In this document: in pieces, positions 1 to 14,333 of the stretch | How positions within the stretch are numbered: the stretch's first letter is position 1 | Layout of the letters: each line of letters begins with the position of its first letter | Source of the DNA: Chlorokybus atmophyticus | Lineage: Eukaryota; Plantae; Mesostigma and Chlorokybus algae | DNA length: 64,000 bases | Assembly: GCA_009103225.1 (NCBI GenBank) | Contig: RHPI01002262.1 | Location: 601,231 to 665,230, forward strand | Direction: 5' to 3' | Notes under the pieces: generated by a model | The model's input: the letters and a program-made list of their open reading frames with translations, nothing else | Databases searched by the model: none | Told to the model about the DNA's origin: nothing | Made by a program: the position numbers and the translations under genes

Positions 1-60
1 TCAAGCAGCACAACTCTGCTGGCATTCCTGCCAGACACGTACACATACACACATCAAGCG

Positions 61-1314
61 CTATATGCGCGAAGCGCTAGAGATGGGTGGGCGTGTTTGA
101 GTGAATGTGGGTGAGACCTGTTGAAACCGAAGCGGTTTGGAGGTGAGAAGCACTCGCGGGCATGAGGGGGAAGCTGTGAGCACGTTATGTGGAGGGGTGT
201 GAGTATGACGTGTGCATGCACGCGCATGTGTGCATGCGTATGTGCGCAAGTGTGTGTACACGCGAGAGCACGCACGCGAGTGATTGCGTGTGTGCGAAGC
301 CACACACTAGCCATGTTGGGTACACATGTGTGTGCACAACTTCCTTGTGCTTACGTGCATGCATGCGGATGTGGGGTGTGTGGGTGCACGTATGCATGTT
401 GATGTGCATGCGCGAACGGGTGCACGCGTATGTATGAATGCATGCTACTCCCAGCACAGCAGCTTGCTTTGAAATAGTTACGTACCATGCTTGACACCAC
501 CCACGGGTTATGATGATCCCGCATCGATGTCTCCGCAGAAAATGTGACCTGAAAATCCATGGCGCATTGACTCAACGTGCCCACTTTCCAACCCCAACAC
601 TCCAACAAGCTGCTTGTGTGCACCTCTCAGCTTCACACGCTCAACCACACACACGCACCTGAGACAGGCAGATGTCTTTCGGTGGCGTCCGCAGCGCAAA
701 GTCTTCGGAACAGCGCGCGACGTACGTCTCGTCGTACTGCGAACGTGCCCTGGCGCCGACATCGTCGCTCTCAAACATCACCTGCAGATGATGTGTTGAT
801 GTTGATGTGGGCGTGGGTGGTGCAGTTTGTTGCTGGTGTTAGTGTGGGTGTGGGTGTTGGTGCTAGTAGTTTCTGTGGCTGTGGCTGTGGCTGCTGCTGC
901 TGCTACTGTTGTCATTGCTGTTGCTGTGGCTGATGTTGCTGTGTGACAGCTTCTCTGTCTGCGGCTACATTGCTGTTGTTGTTGCTGTCCTTGTCATCAG
1001 CGTGGTCATCTCTGCTGCTTTATTTTTCAGTTCAACTGACCCAAAAGGCTGAACCACTTGGTAGCTTGATGCATGCTTCCCGATCTAACCACTGACTGCA
1101 GCTTACGTATGCTTGGAAGCTTAGATCTTCTTTACCAAGTAGATCTAAAATTTCAAGCACAGTCTTGTAGATTGTCAGCAAGTACGAAGTTAAACACTGC
1201 TTCTGCATACCAAAGCAGGCCAGGCCGGGCCAGGCCAGGCCAACTGACCTTGGAGTTGGTCCGCTCCCACTGGAACCGTCTGGGCCCAGGCTTCGCTTCC
1301 ACCGCAGGCGCCAT
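61..1314 (-). CDS. Small unknown protein (~102 aa), 4 exons: 1314-1249, 781-659, 548-486, 117-61
   Basis: Four phase-0 exons with GT/AG boundaries splice in frame from ATG to TAG: MAPAVEAKPGPRRFQWERTNSK|VMFESDDVGARARSQYDETYVARCSEDFALRTPPKDICLSQ|VTFSAETSMRDHHNPWVVSSM|VSPTFTQTRPPISSASRI*. The last exon is the least certain. Confidence 0.6.
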
Positions 1315-2082
1315 CGGCCCGCACTCCTTCCTCGCCTAGCCTGGTGTGGCGGCGGCAGCAGCCTGACCTGGCCTGGCCTCCGCCCAGCTCCGCCCAGCCC
1401 TGGTCCGTCCTGGCCTGGTCAGTGCATGCAATTCATACCATTCGCAATGCTTCTGCTGCACGTTTTGTTCTGTGATTTCTTCTGCGGCTTTTGGGGTAGT
1501 CAAATTAGCGGGTCAATGTTTTGTGTCAGACAGTCTCACGCAAGACCGTCACGCGGGTGACGGCTCCCACGAGGCGTAACGCGCAGGTAAGTGCCGGTTC
1601 GAGATACAGTGTACCGGGTACATCCGTTACAGTTCACAATAACCGCGTTGGTGGGCGGTTCCAAACAACAGCTAGCGGTAGACATGGCAACACAATCAAG
1701 CGGTAGAGCACCAATGACGTGCAACTTTCTGCCGTCTGACCGGCAGCTTCCTGATAGCAGCCGGTGCCGTCTCTTGGTAATGGAGCGGAGGCAGATTAGC
1801 TCATGTCCGGAGTGTAAACGGCAGTATATTAACGGCAGCAAATGAACGACTCGAGCAAACAGTACCGGTAGACGTATGCGACGTCGTCGGTCAAGTCGCT
1901 TGAATTCATGACGAGGCCGATTCGCGTTGCGCAATTTCGACCCCCTAATGATCAATACGAATAACCTCATTATACCAATACCATCTGTACTGTAAAAGTT
2001 ACGCAACAGCCGTCGTTTCCGTATCACAAAAGTACCTCTCAGACTGTGCAATGAGAAAATGACAGTTAGCTGTGGCCCTCAG

Positions 2083-2091
2083 TTAGGGTTT
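2083..2091 (-). promoter_or_regulatory. Telo-box (AAACCCTAA) upstream of CDPK; further copies at 12834-12842, 13476-13484 and 62466-62474
   Basis: Exact TTAGGGTTT/AAACCCTAA match to the plant telo-box. Function not shown. Confidence 0.3.
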
Positions 2092-2304
2092 CTGACTGCA
2101 TTGGGCACCTTACCTTGGTGGTGGTGTAGGTGGAGGGGGCGGTCGAGGCGGCGGCGGCGGCAGGCGAGGTGTTGCCGTCGTCGTTGAGGTCGTCGTTGTG
2201 GTGTCGACGGCTGGGCGGTGGGCGCCCGGTGCCGTCGGATCTCTTACCCGGCATGGCCGGGAGAGTGACTTGAAGTTGGAGGGTGGGGCAAGGGGAGGTT
2301 GGTT

Positions 2305-5831
<3,527 letters not shown>

Positions 5832-7081
5832 GCAGTAGGATGAGGGTGGCAAGATAGTATGAGCAGTGTTTAATTGTATCAATGTTGAGTGATCCGTGTA
5901 GTCGAACGGTCGCATGACTCGCTGTGCTTATGGGGGCACCATTGACACCATTTGTGACTGTAATGTTGTTGGCATGCCATTACGCAAGCTGCAACAATAA
6001 TTGTGGTTAATTGTTGCTCCGCGCAGTTGGAAACTGATGTCATAAGTCTAGTTGATGCTTACACAACTTGTACAGTACATCTAGGTCCGTGTTGTGTTCG
6101 CAGTTGTTGTGGTGTGGCCTTGGCGGCACTAGTGTAGTTTGCCATGCTGTGCGTGGGTGTGGTGTGTGCCTTAGAGGTTTTGGATTAGGCATGGACACGA
6201 ACTGATTGCCGTTTGTTTTTGTTTACAATATTAGTGTTTGAGGCGTTGTGGTGGTTATAGCGGTGTTTTCTCTCTCATTACTACAGCAGTATTTCTACTG
6301 ATATCATTTGTTGCTAAGGCTAAGCCGCCCAGCGTGCTGATTGTGTGCTGGTGTTGTTGCTGTTGCCCAAGCTGGATCAACCATTTCTACACGTCCATGG
6401 CGCTTGCAACTGTGCGTAGTGCAGCCTGCTTGAAGTGCGCCCCAATGTTGTGCACCCTGTTGACTTTGTGCATACGGCTGCATGCTTGTGCTGTCTTGGA
6501 TTACCTTAACTCAGTCGCCTTGGCTGTGAACGAGTCTGCCCTCACTCTCATGCCTTGCATATCAGAGTAATCAATGGCAGATATAAAGGAATGCAACCTA
6601 CACCATGGCGCCTGCAGTGCGAGATCAAAGCAACCTGAGGAGATAGCAGCAATCACAGTTGATTCACCAGGCTGTGAACTTGCCTACCGATATGCTTTCA
6701 TATATCAAATGTCATCGACGTGAACAGTGCTTGCTGTGCTTTGGTTAACACCCGCATGAACAGCGACGCAGCTGGCATGCCTCTGCCTTTGCCTGGGCTT
6801 AGAGCCCCCGTGTTTGGAGTCAGTGAGCGTTGCTAATGCCGCTGGGAATATTTGTGTTTGTGTGTCTATCTGTATCTGTACCTATGCCTGCACTCATCAG
6901 CGCGCCACTGTTATGCAACAACGCAAATGCAGCAGCAGATGCAAACTTTTGCTGTTTAAGTACGGGTGTGCCTGCAACAGTTTTAGCCAAACTCTCGTTT
7001 TGTTTCTGTGCTATAGCCAATGTCTACAAGAACTGTCATAGACCCATCCAAAACCGATACTGACAAAACCAGAGTAAGCTG

Positions 7082-10000
7082 TTATTGATCTGCCAGGCAC
7101 TTCTCAAACCCGGCCCGCAGCTCTGCCTCATTAAGCTTCTTGCCGATGAACACGAGACGGCTTGCCCGCTTCTCATCAGGACCCCACGGCCGCTCCGGCA
7201 TGCCATCAAAGAGCTGGTGCACACCCTGATGCCAGACGCGCAACCATCAGTTCCGCAATGCGAGTGCGCACATGCACACAGTTGCCACACACACGCGCAC
7301 GTGTGCACGTGCATGCGCACGCACACACACGCGCTTGCTAAATATGAGAACGCGCATCGCATGCATGCACACATGGATGCAACAACAACAAATTTGTCAT
7401 CATGGCCTGCAACTTGTACCTGGAACACAAAGCGCTCTTCGCTGCCTGCGATCGCAAGAACTCCCTTCATCCGATAGAGCGTGTCGGCACCGTCCTCAAT
7501 CAGAGCACCCAGCCAATAGTTCACCTACGGTGATTCAATCAAACTCCACCATCAGTCGCATACTTGATATAAACGCACTAACAAGCAGAAGCAGTACGCA
7601 TGCACACAAGCTGCTGCTCAGCATACAACCCACCTTGTCAAGGTCAAGCTCGCCGTCCAGGCGCAAGGAGACCGACGTGACATCCGGATTGTGCGTATGC
7701 GCATGCGCGTGCGTGTGTTCATGGTTGTGCTCGTGTTCATGTTTGTGACCATGGTCATGCTGTTCGCAGTCAGGGGCGCAGTCAGGGCCATGCTCGTGGT
7801 CATGGTGATGATCGTGTTCATGGCTGTGTTCGTGCTTGTGGTCGTGATCGTGTGCTTCTGCAGCCTCTGCCTCTAGAATCTGCACGTGCGATACGTGTTG
7901 GCACACACAAGAGCACACAGCACGCACACTCGACACATGCACTAATCCAGTACAAGGTTACACACACGCGGCACAATCAACGTGAGTTAATACACTTCAC
8001 CATGCCAACAATGCCATCAGAAAGACGACTCATGGCCCAATGAGAACATGCATCCCTCATTAGAGCAAGCAATAGACGTGTTTTGGATTTTACCTCAGAT
8101 TCCACTCTGTCAAGGTCAAAGCCGCCGATGCCCAGCACATAGTCCACATCAACATCAGACTTGACCGCGCGCTTCAGTCTGGCCAGACCATTGATGGTTT
8201 TAATCTTGCGCTCGAGGTTGTCAAGGCGAGCGCTGTCGTTGATGAGGTCCGTCTTGTTAAGGATCAACCGATCAGCAAAGGCAATCTGATCCACTGCCTC
8301 GCTGTTGGGCTCATCTTCGCTTTCCTGCAAGAAAAACAGCATTTGGTAGCTGGCAGCGCACGCGCTTGACGACACATGACGGAAGCATCACAGCAACAAC
8401 AACATCGCCTGATACAAGGTGAGTTGAGGCATACCCGCACGCGATTACCACTTTAACCCCAACCATCATTACCATGTGCGGCGCTTCCGGCCCCCACACT
8501 CCACCCAAACCAGTATGGCTTCATAGTGATACACGCATACAGCAAGTCAACACACACGCACACACATGCAGTTATGCACAAAAGGGGCACTATGACACAC
8601 TTCTCAAGTACTTCATGGAAAGTACATGTAATGCTGTCACAAGGTTTGTGATACCTTCACAAGATGGCGTTCAATGTTCACTGCATCCACAACCGTGACA
8701 ACTCCATCAAGCTTCACGTGCTCAAGCAGTCTCGCATCCAGGTAAAACGACTGGATGACCGGAACAGGATTGGCCACGCCGGTTGTCTCGATGATGATGT
8801 GGTCAAACTTGTCCTTTTTGGTGTAAACCAGGTCCGTCATCATGCGCACCAGATCACCGCGGACCTGCGGACAGATGATGATGAGACTGTTCTGCGACTC
8901 CATATCAGAACTAGCTTGTGAATGTCAGATAAGTTGCTACTTTTCTTGATCTGATCGAGCCTCTCGGATTACCTTGACAGGCCTTTCTTGGACTGACTAT
9001 GACACTGGTTGCTATACAAGCATGAAGTGCATGTCGCACTGCCTGAATGTACTAATAATGAGCATGTATCCGCTGGGTTGACAAACCAGATGAGAGCATT
9101 ACAGCGAAACGCGACTAGTGACTTGCAACATACCGTACAGCACAAACATCCGTTGTTGAGCATTAGAATGTCCTCTGCTCCATTCTGCTGTGCTGCAACC
9201 AAGTCGCCGTCGATATCAATTTCGCCGAACTCGTTCTCAATGACAGCAATCCGCCTGTCAACAACAACCAGAATTCCATAACATCAGTAACAGGCAGCCA
9301 CACTCCGGCGTGCACGTGTCCAACTGTACCTGCCATGATTTGCAGACAAGATGTGATTTAACAGCGTAGTCTTGCCAGAGCCCAGAAAGCCTGTTATGAC
9401 TGTCACGGGCACGCGCGTGTCAACGGGCGCCACGTCAATAACTTCTGTTTCCTCGGACACAGCGTTGCACACGATGCTGCAAAGAAGAACAAACAATACT
9501 GAAATTGCTGTCCGCAAGGAAGCTTCTGTGCAAGGTTTGGTACGATCTGACAGACCAATTGACTGAAATGCCTTGTGGGAACGAATACATGTACACATGA
9601 CATTGTTGTATGCCACATTATGCAAGCACAGATGCAATGTGACTTGTGGATGCAAGCCATGTTGTGCCATATCAATTGTTTGCCGCACATAACTCACCTA
9701 TATTCATTGCTTTGTTTTGTTTTGTTCTCTTTTGTTTTGTTACTCTTGGAGAGAGGAGGAGGGGGAGGGGGGGAGGCACAGTTGCATGCATGTTGAGCTC
9801 TGAACTTGTCTCAGCAAGGACGTATTGAACGACTAGTACAACACACTGACTACACTCCAATGTGCTACAACATAGGAACTTCACCATTCAACAGCCTACA
9901 CAATCCACATCTACCATGTTGATGACACCACCGCCAAATGCAATCACTTAAACCATGACACCACCGCCCGTTGCAAACACTTAAACCATCAACCGCGATT

Positions 10001-10373
10001 CAGCACATGCAAACAAACAACTCATGCAATCTATGAATGCTGGCATACCAGACACACACGCTTGCAGAAATGCTGTCAAACAAACGCTACTTGCACTAAT
10101 GGAAACTGCGCTACGAACTCACCTGCGTTTGCTTCGCCGTTGCGCTGCCCCGCTGACTGTCGGCTGGGCACCTGCAGCAGCAGCAAGCACTGGCAGCGTT
10201 GAACGCCACCGCCTGTTGCTTTGTACAACTGCTGTGTTGAGGCGGCTAGGGTTTAAAGCCGCAGCCTGGCGCCTGCCGCTGCTGCTGGCGCCCACAGCAG
10301 CCGCCTGCTCCGGCAGAGTGCACGCGGCGGACAGCTGCTGCGCCGCCGCAACGCTGGAGAAGCAGCTGGCCAT
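7082..10373 (-). CDS. CobW/COG0523 (G3E) P-loop GTPase metallochaperone with His-rich linker, predicted plastid-targeted; exons 10373-10123, 9476-9330, 9254-9134, 8864-8655, 8324-8094, 7879-7634, 7524-7420, 7225-7082
   Basis: ITGFLGSGKTT, VIENEFG, NNGCLCC (CxCC), IETTGVA, LNKTD, His-rich insert, CobW_C region (YRMKGVLA...FQGVH...RLVFIG); Ala/Ser/Arg-rich N-terminus. Confidence 0.94.
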
Positions 10374-11299
10374 GCTTGACAGCTGGCGCCAAAACTTCAC
10401 CCGCCTACGCCCACACAACAAATATCTTAGCAGCAAAGCCGCAGCAAGCGATACCACCAAGCATCAAAGCATGGTGCACAAAGTCAGGCAAGTAAGCCCG
10501 CCGAGACAGCTTTGTCCACGATAAGGACCGGCAAGAACAAACATTTGGACAAACAGACTGGCGACCACCATACACGCAGCGTCGGATACTCACCTGGTAG
10601 AGCGCGTGGACAAGGCGGTCGCCGCCGCCACCGCCGCCGCTGGATAATGGATGAGGCTGGTTTCTGACCTGCGTGCGGCGTGGTGCGCGTGTACTTCAAG
10701 TACGAATAATACTGCCGCCATAATGCCATCATGCAGCACGATAATCCATGCCAAGACTGCGTTTCTGTTTTACCAATCACGTTCTTGCAGCAACTCATTC
10801 AGCCCGTAGTGGGGTTACACTGTTGAAGCTTGAAAGCATAACATGATATCCCTACATGTTGATGAGATGTTATCAACATCCCATCAATAGGAAAGGGATA
10901 TTTATGACATTGCAAGGAGGGTGGCGTAACAAGCCATGTTATAAAGTACACGTAGCTATGAAAATTAGATGAGGTGGCATTATTGAGTACCCATCATGTA
11001 GCGTAAGTGATTGATTTGCAAACGCGCATGATGGTATGAATGTACAATCAAATGCAAATGCATAAGATCCTCTCTGATGAAAACTTCTTTTTACCCCATA
11101 AGAAGGTCTGTGTTTATCATGTTTACATTGAATCTTATACTGGTTATTTTTATAATAAATGTTTACTCGCATATTGCTTCGTTATCCAGTGGTATAAAGA
11201 CGATTATCAGTGTTTCAATAAGGGTGGGCTGCACATAGACATTTAACACATTGATCTACTTATTTGTTTATTAGCCGCCAAGGCAATGGGAGTTGTTTG

Positions 11300-11530
11300 A
11301 AATGCTTCATAAATCATACCATTAATTATCATTATAATATTTATGCCATTGTGCATTCATTCAATCATTATGATGATCATGATAATGATTGATGTGATTG
11401 ACATTGATGATAATCATCATAAATCATCATAAATCATCATGATGATTCATGATCATAATTTATCGAAATGATGAATCATTACCATGAATATGATGATGAT
11501 AATTTGGTAATTGATTCATATCTTGCGTGC
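11300..11530. repeat. AT-rich ATC/ATG low-complexity, quasi-palindromic tract
   Basis: Repeats such as aaatcatcat aaatcatcat, tgatgataatcatca and atgattcat...atgaatcat inside an AT-rich intergenic block. Confidence 0.7.
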
Positions 11531-12517
11531 AATATGGTCATAGCTGCAGTTTCATTGATAGCTGTGATTGTTCAAATAGTAAGTCTCTATTCTGCATGTT
11601 TTTGCCTCTGCAGCTTATCTCGCTTCCCCGCGTGTTTTTCTTCAATGCCTCAAAAACAACTATTTGTAAATCATGCATGTTGCAGGGAAAAGGATTTGGC
11701 CAGTTTTGCCATGTGTAATTCGTGTGTTTTGTACTAACAAGTGACGTGAGTTGCATTACTTAATCAAATGTGTGCTATCTCATACGGATATTAAACAACC
11801 GCAAAATCAATTGTACAATAGGAACAGTACATATAATGGGGTGGTATGTGAGGACTCTTGTCCAGACTTCTGCCCGGGTCATGCAAATTTGTGACGGCGC
11901 CGAATTTCATGGGAAGCCGTTATTAAGGTAGTGTAAGTTGAGCCATGGCATTGCACTTGCGCATGTGCGTACTTGCTCTACAACGGTTGCTGCCGTTGAA
12001 TAACAGAGAGCGTCACCTTGTATTGAATACGCCTCCACTTGCAAGTTAACACGGTTCAATCAGTTATTTGTCATGGACATTAAGCACGCATTAAACACCT
12101 CATAATACCTTAAAGCACGTTTGCGCATGCTTATAACAGCCTCTAGCGTGTACATTATCACAGATTTGCACATAGAGTTGCAAGCAATTTCATACTTTCA
12201 TGGAAGTGCACAGCTGCAGTTTGAACCCCACCAGGAAGTCTGCTCTCCTTTGATCTCGAGTCTTTGAAATGCACGCAAGTGCATGGAAACCACTCCTACA
12301 TGTACACATGTCATGTGCATCAGTCCCCAGCGTCATACTGTGGTGTGGGCTACACCACAACGTCACCGCAATACACCTGACAATGGTGTTGTTGGTATGC
12401 GCTATGTCACTTTGCATGCTGCTGACTGTGCATGCCAATATGCATGTGCATTGCCGTTTCGCATTGTTTGTACACCACCATGCCATCGGACAACCCGTCG
12501 CACTCTACACACGATAT

Positions 12518-12543
12518 TGCCCTTTGCATCGATGCAAAGGGCA
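12518..12543. repeat. Perfect 26-bp palindrome
   Basis: TGCCCTTTGCATC|GATGCAAAGGGCA with no spacer. Confidence 0.9.
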
Positions 12544-12760
12544 TTATGGTGTGTGGAGCGTGGGGTACAAAAGATATCTTGGATATTCCACGCTTGCGCA
12601 ATTGCCGCCAACCCCATCTCTCGTTCCATTATAATGAACGCGCAATTGTTCAATTGTCATCATCTATCATGCTTATCAACACACCTTATACACTACCATA
12701 CACACAAGCATCTACCACCAGCACCATGTAGTCAACACATACAGTATCCGCATCGATACT

Positions 12761-13106
12761 CACAACCACGACATGCACCGCCGCAGAGGGAGCTTCTGTG
12801 CGTGCCGTACATGCATGCGTGTGTGTACTGACAAAACCCTAAGCCGGCAGTTGACAAGACGGCAGTAGGAGGCTGGCGGCGATGGCGGCGGGGGTGTGGG
12901 TGAAGCGGGAGGGGGAGTGATGACGCACGCATGCATGCATGTCTAATGGGTATGGGCAGTAGAGAAGGTAGGTAGCAGCTAGGTTGGCAGCCCGGTGGTT
13001 AATAAGAGTGCTTCATGGTGTGGTGAGTCGACCGCTCATGCATGTGTGTGTCACACTCTCATGCGTGTCACAATCCTTGCACTCTATTTATTATACACTC
13101 CATGCC
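12761..13106. repeat. ~345-bp direct repeat, copy 1
   Basis: High similarity to 13403-13743 (cacaaccacgacatgcaccgccgcagaggg...aaaaccctaagccggcag...catgcc). Confidence 0.9.
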
Positions 13107-13402
13107 CTGGTTGGTGCGGCCATCCCATGCCAGAGGCTAGTCCAGTCCGCTCGTGCAGTTGAGGTGAGCGGCTGGCTACCCTATGTTACGGCATAGGGCG
13201 TGCATGTCACCGTGCTATGGTGTGGTGTGGTGTGGATAGGTGGGTGTTTGACCGGGAGCACCCTGCATGTGTAGTTGCCTAGTTGATACCGAGAGTTGGT
13301 GCCCACCCCACTAGCCATGCATTGCAATGCACAAGACGAAGTCACAAGTGAAAGTTGACATGGGGAGCAGCGAAGTCTGCCCGTGTCATGAAAGTAGACG
13401 CA

Positions 13403-13743
13403 CACAACCACGACATGCACCGCCGCAGAGGGAGTTTCCGTGCGTGCCGTACATGCATGCGTGTGTGTACTGACAAAACCCTAAGCCGGCAGTTGACAAG
13501 CCGGCAGTAGGAGGCTGGCGATGGCGACGGGGGTGTGGATGAAGCGGGAGGGGGAGTGATGACACACGCATGCATGCATGTCTAATGGGTATGGGCAGTA
13601 GAGAAGGTAGGTAGCAGCTAGGTTGGCAGCTTGGTGGTTAATAAGAGTGCTTCATGGTGTGGTGAGTCGACTGCTCATGCATGTGTGTGTCACACTCTCA
13701 TGCATGCCACAATCCTTGCACTCTGTTTATCATACACCATGCC
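13403..13743. repeat. ~340-bp direct repeat, copy 2; an inverted partial copy of its 3' end lies at ~14002-14058
   Basis: Alignment by eye to 12761-13106; 14002-14058 is the diverged reverse complement of ~13678-13737. Confidence 0.88.
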
Positions 13744-14333
13744 ACCAACTCCACCACTCACCCACGCTCTCACACACCAACACGCACTCACTCATGCAAT
13801 GCAAATAGTAGACCAGGCTGAGCCATGATGCATCATTGGTCATTTGCCTTTGTGATGCTGCCTGATAATTACGAAATGCATAGGCAAGAACCATAGCACG
13901 ACCCCACGCAAGCCAAACTACGCGCAGCAGCATACCGCTTTTGTATATGCACGTAAAGTGTACAAAAGATGCAAAGTACAACTGTGCTTGCATCTTGCAC
14001 AGTGTATAATATAGTATGCAAGGATTGTGGCATGCATGAGAATGTAGCAAACATGCATACAGTCCGCACACTACACCATCGCACAGTGTCTTTGAGTGTA
14101 CCAAAGATGCGAGAGGCAATGTGCCTAGCGCAACTTTTATGTGCTCTATGTCAGCACGAACAACAATAGATGCTTAGAGTGTTGGATGAAGATCGGGTGA
14201 GTATGCATGAATATGTACATCGTGTAGCGTATGCATGCTTAAGTATACGCACGCGTAATCTGCGTACTGCATACAGTTATAACATCACTATACACAAGCT
14301 ACACGGCACACATCTAAACACTCGCTGCTCATA

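Noticed and set aside
150-460. His/Thr/Ala/Cys/Val-rich ORFs here and in many introns (e.g. 33613-33966, 41443-41995)
   Set aside because: Translations of CA/TG microsatellite-like intron DNA.
1536-2051. 171-aa minus-strand ORF in the CpG-rich interval before CDPK
   Set aside because: No recognisable motifs or splice context; probably a divergent promoter. A weak 7-bp inverted end pair has no TSD.
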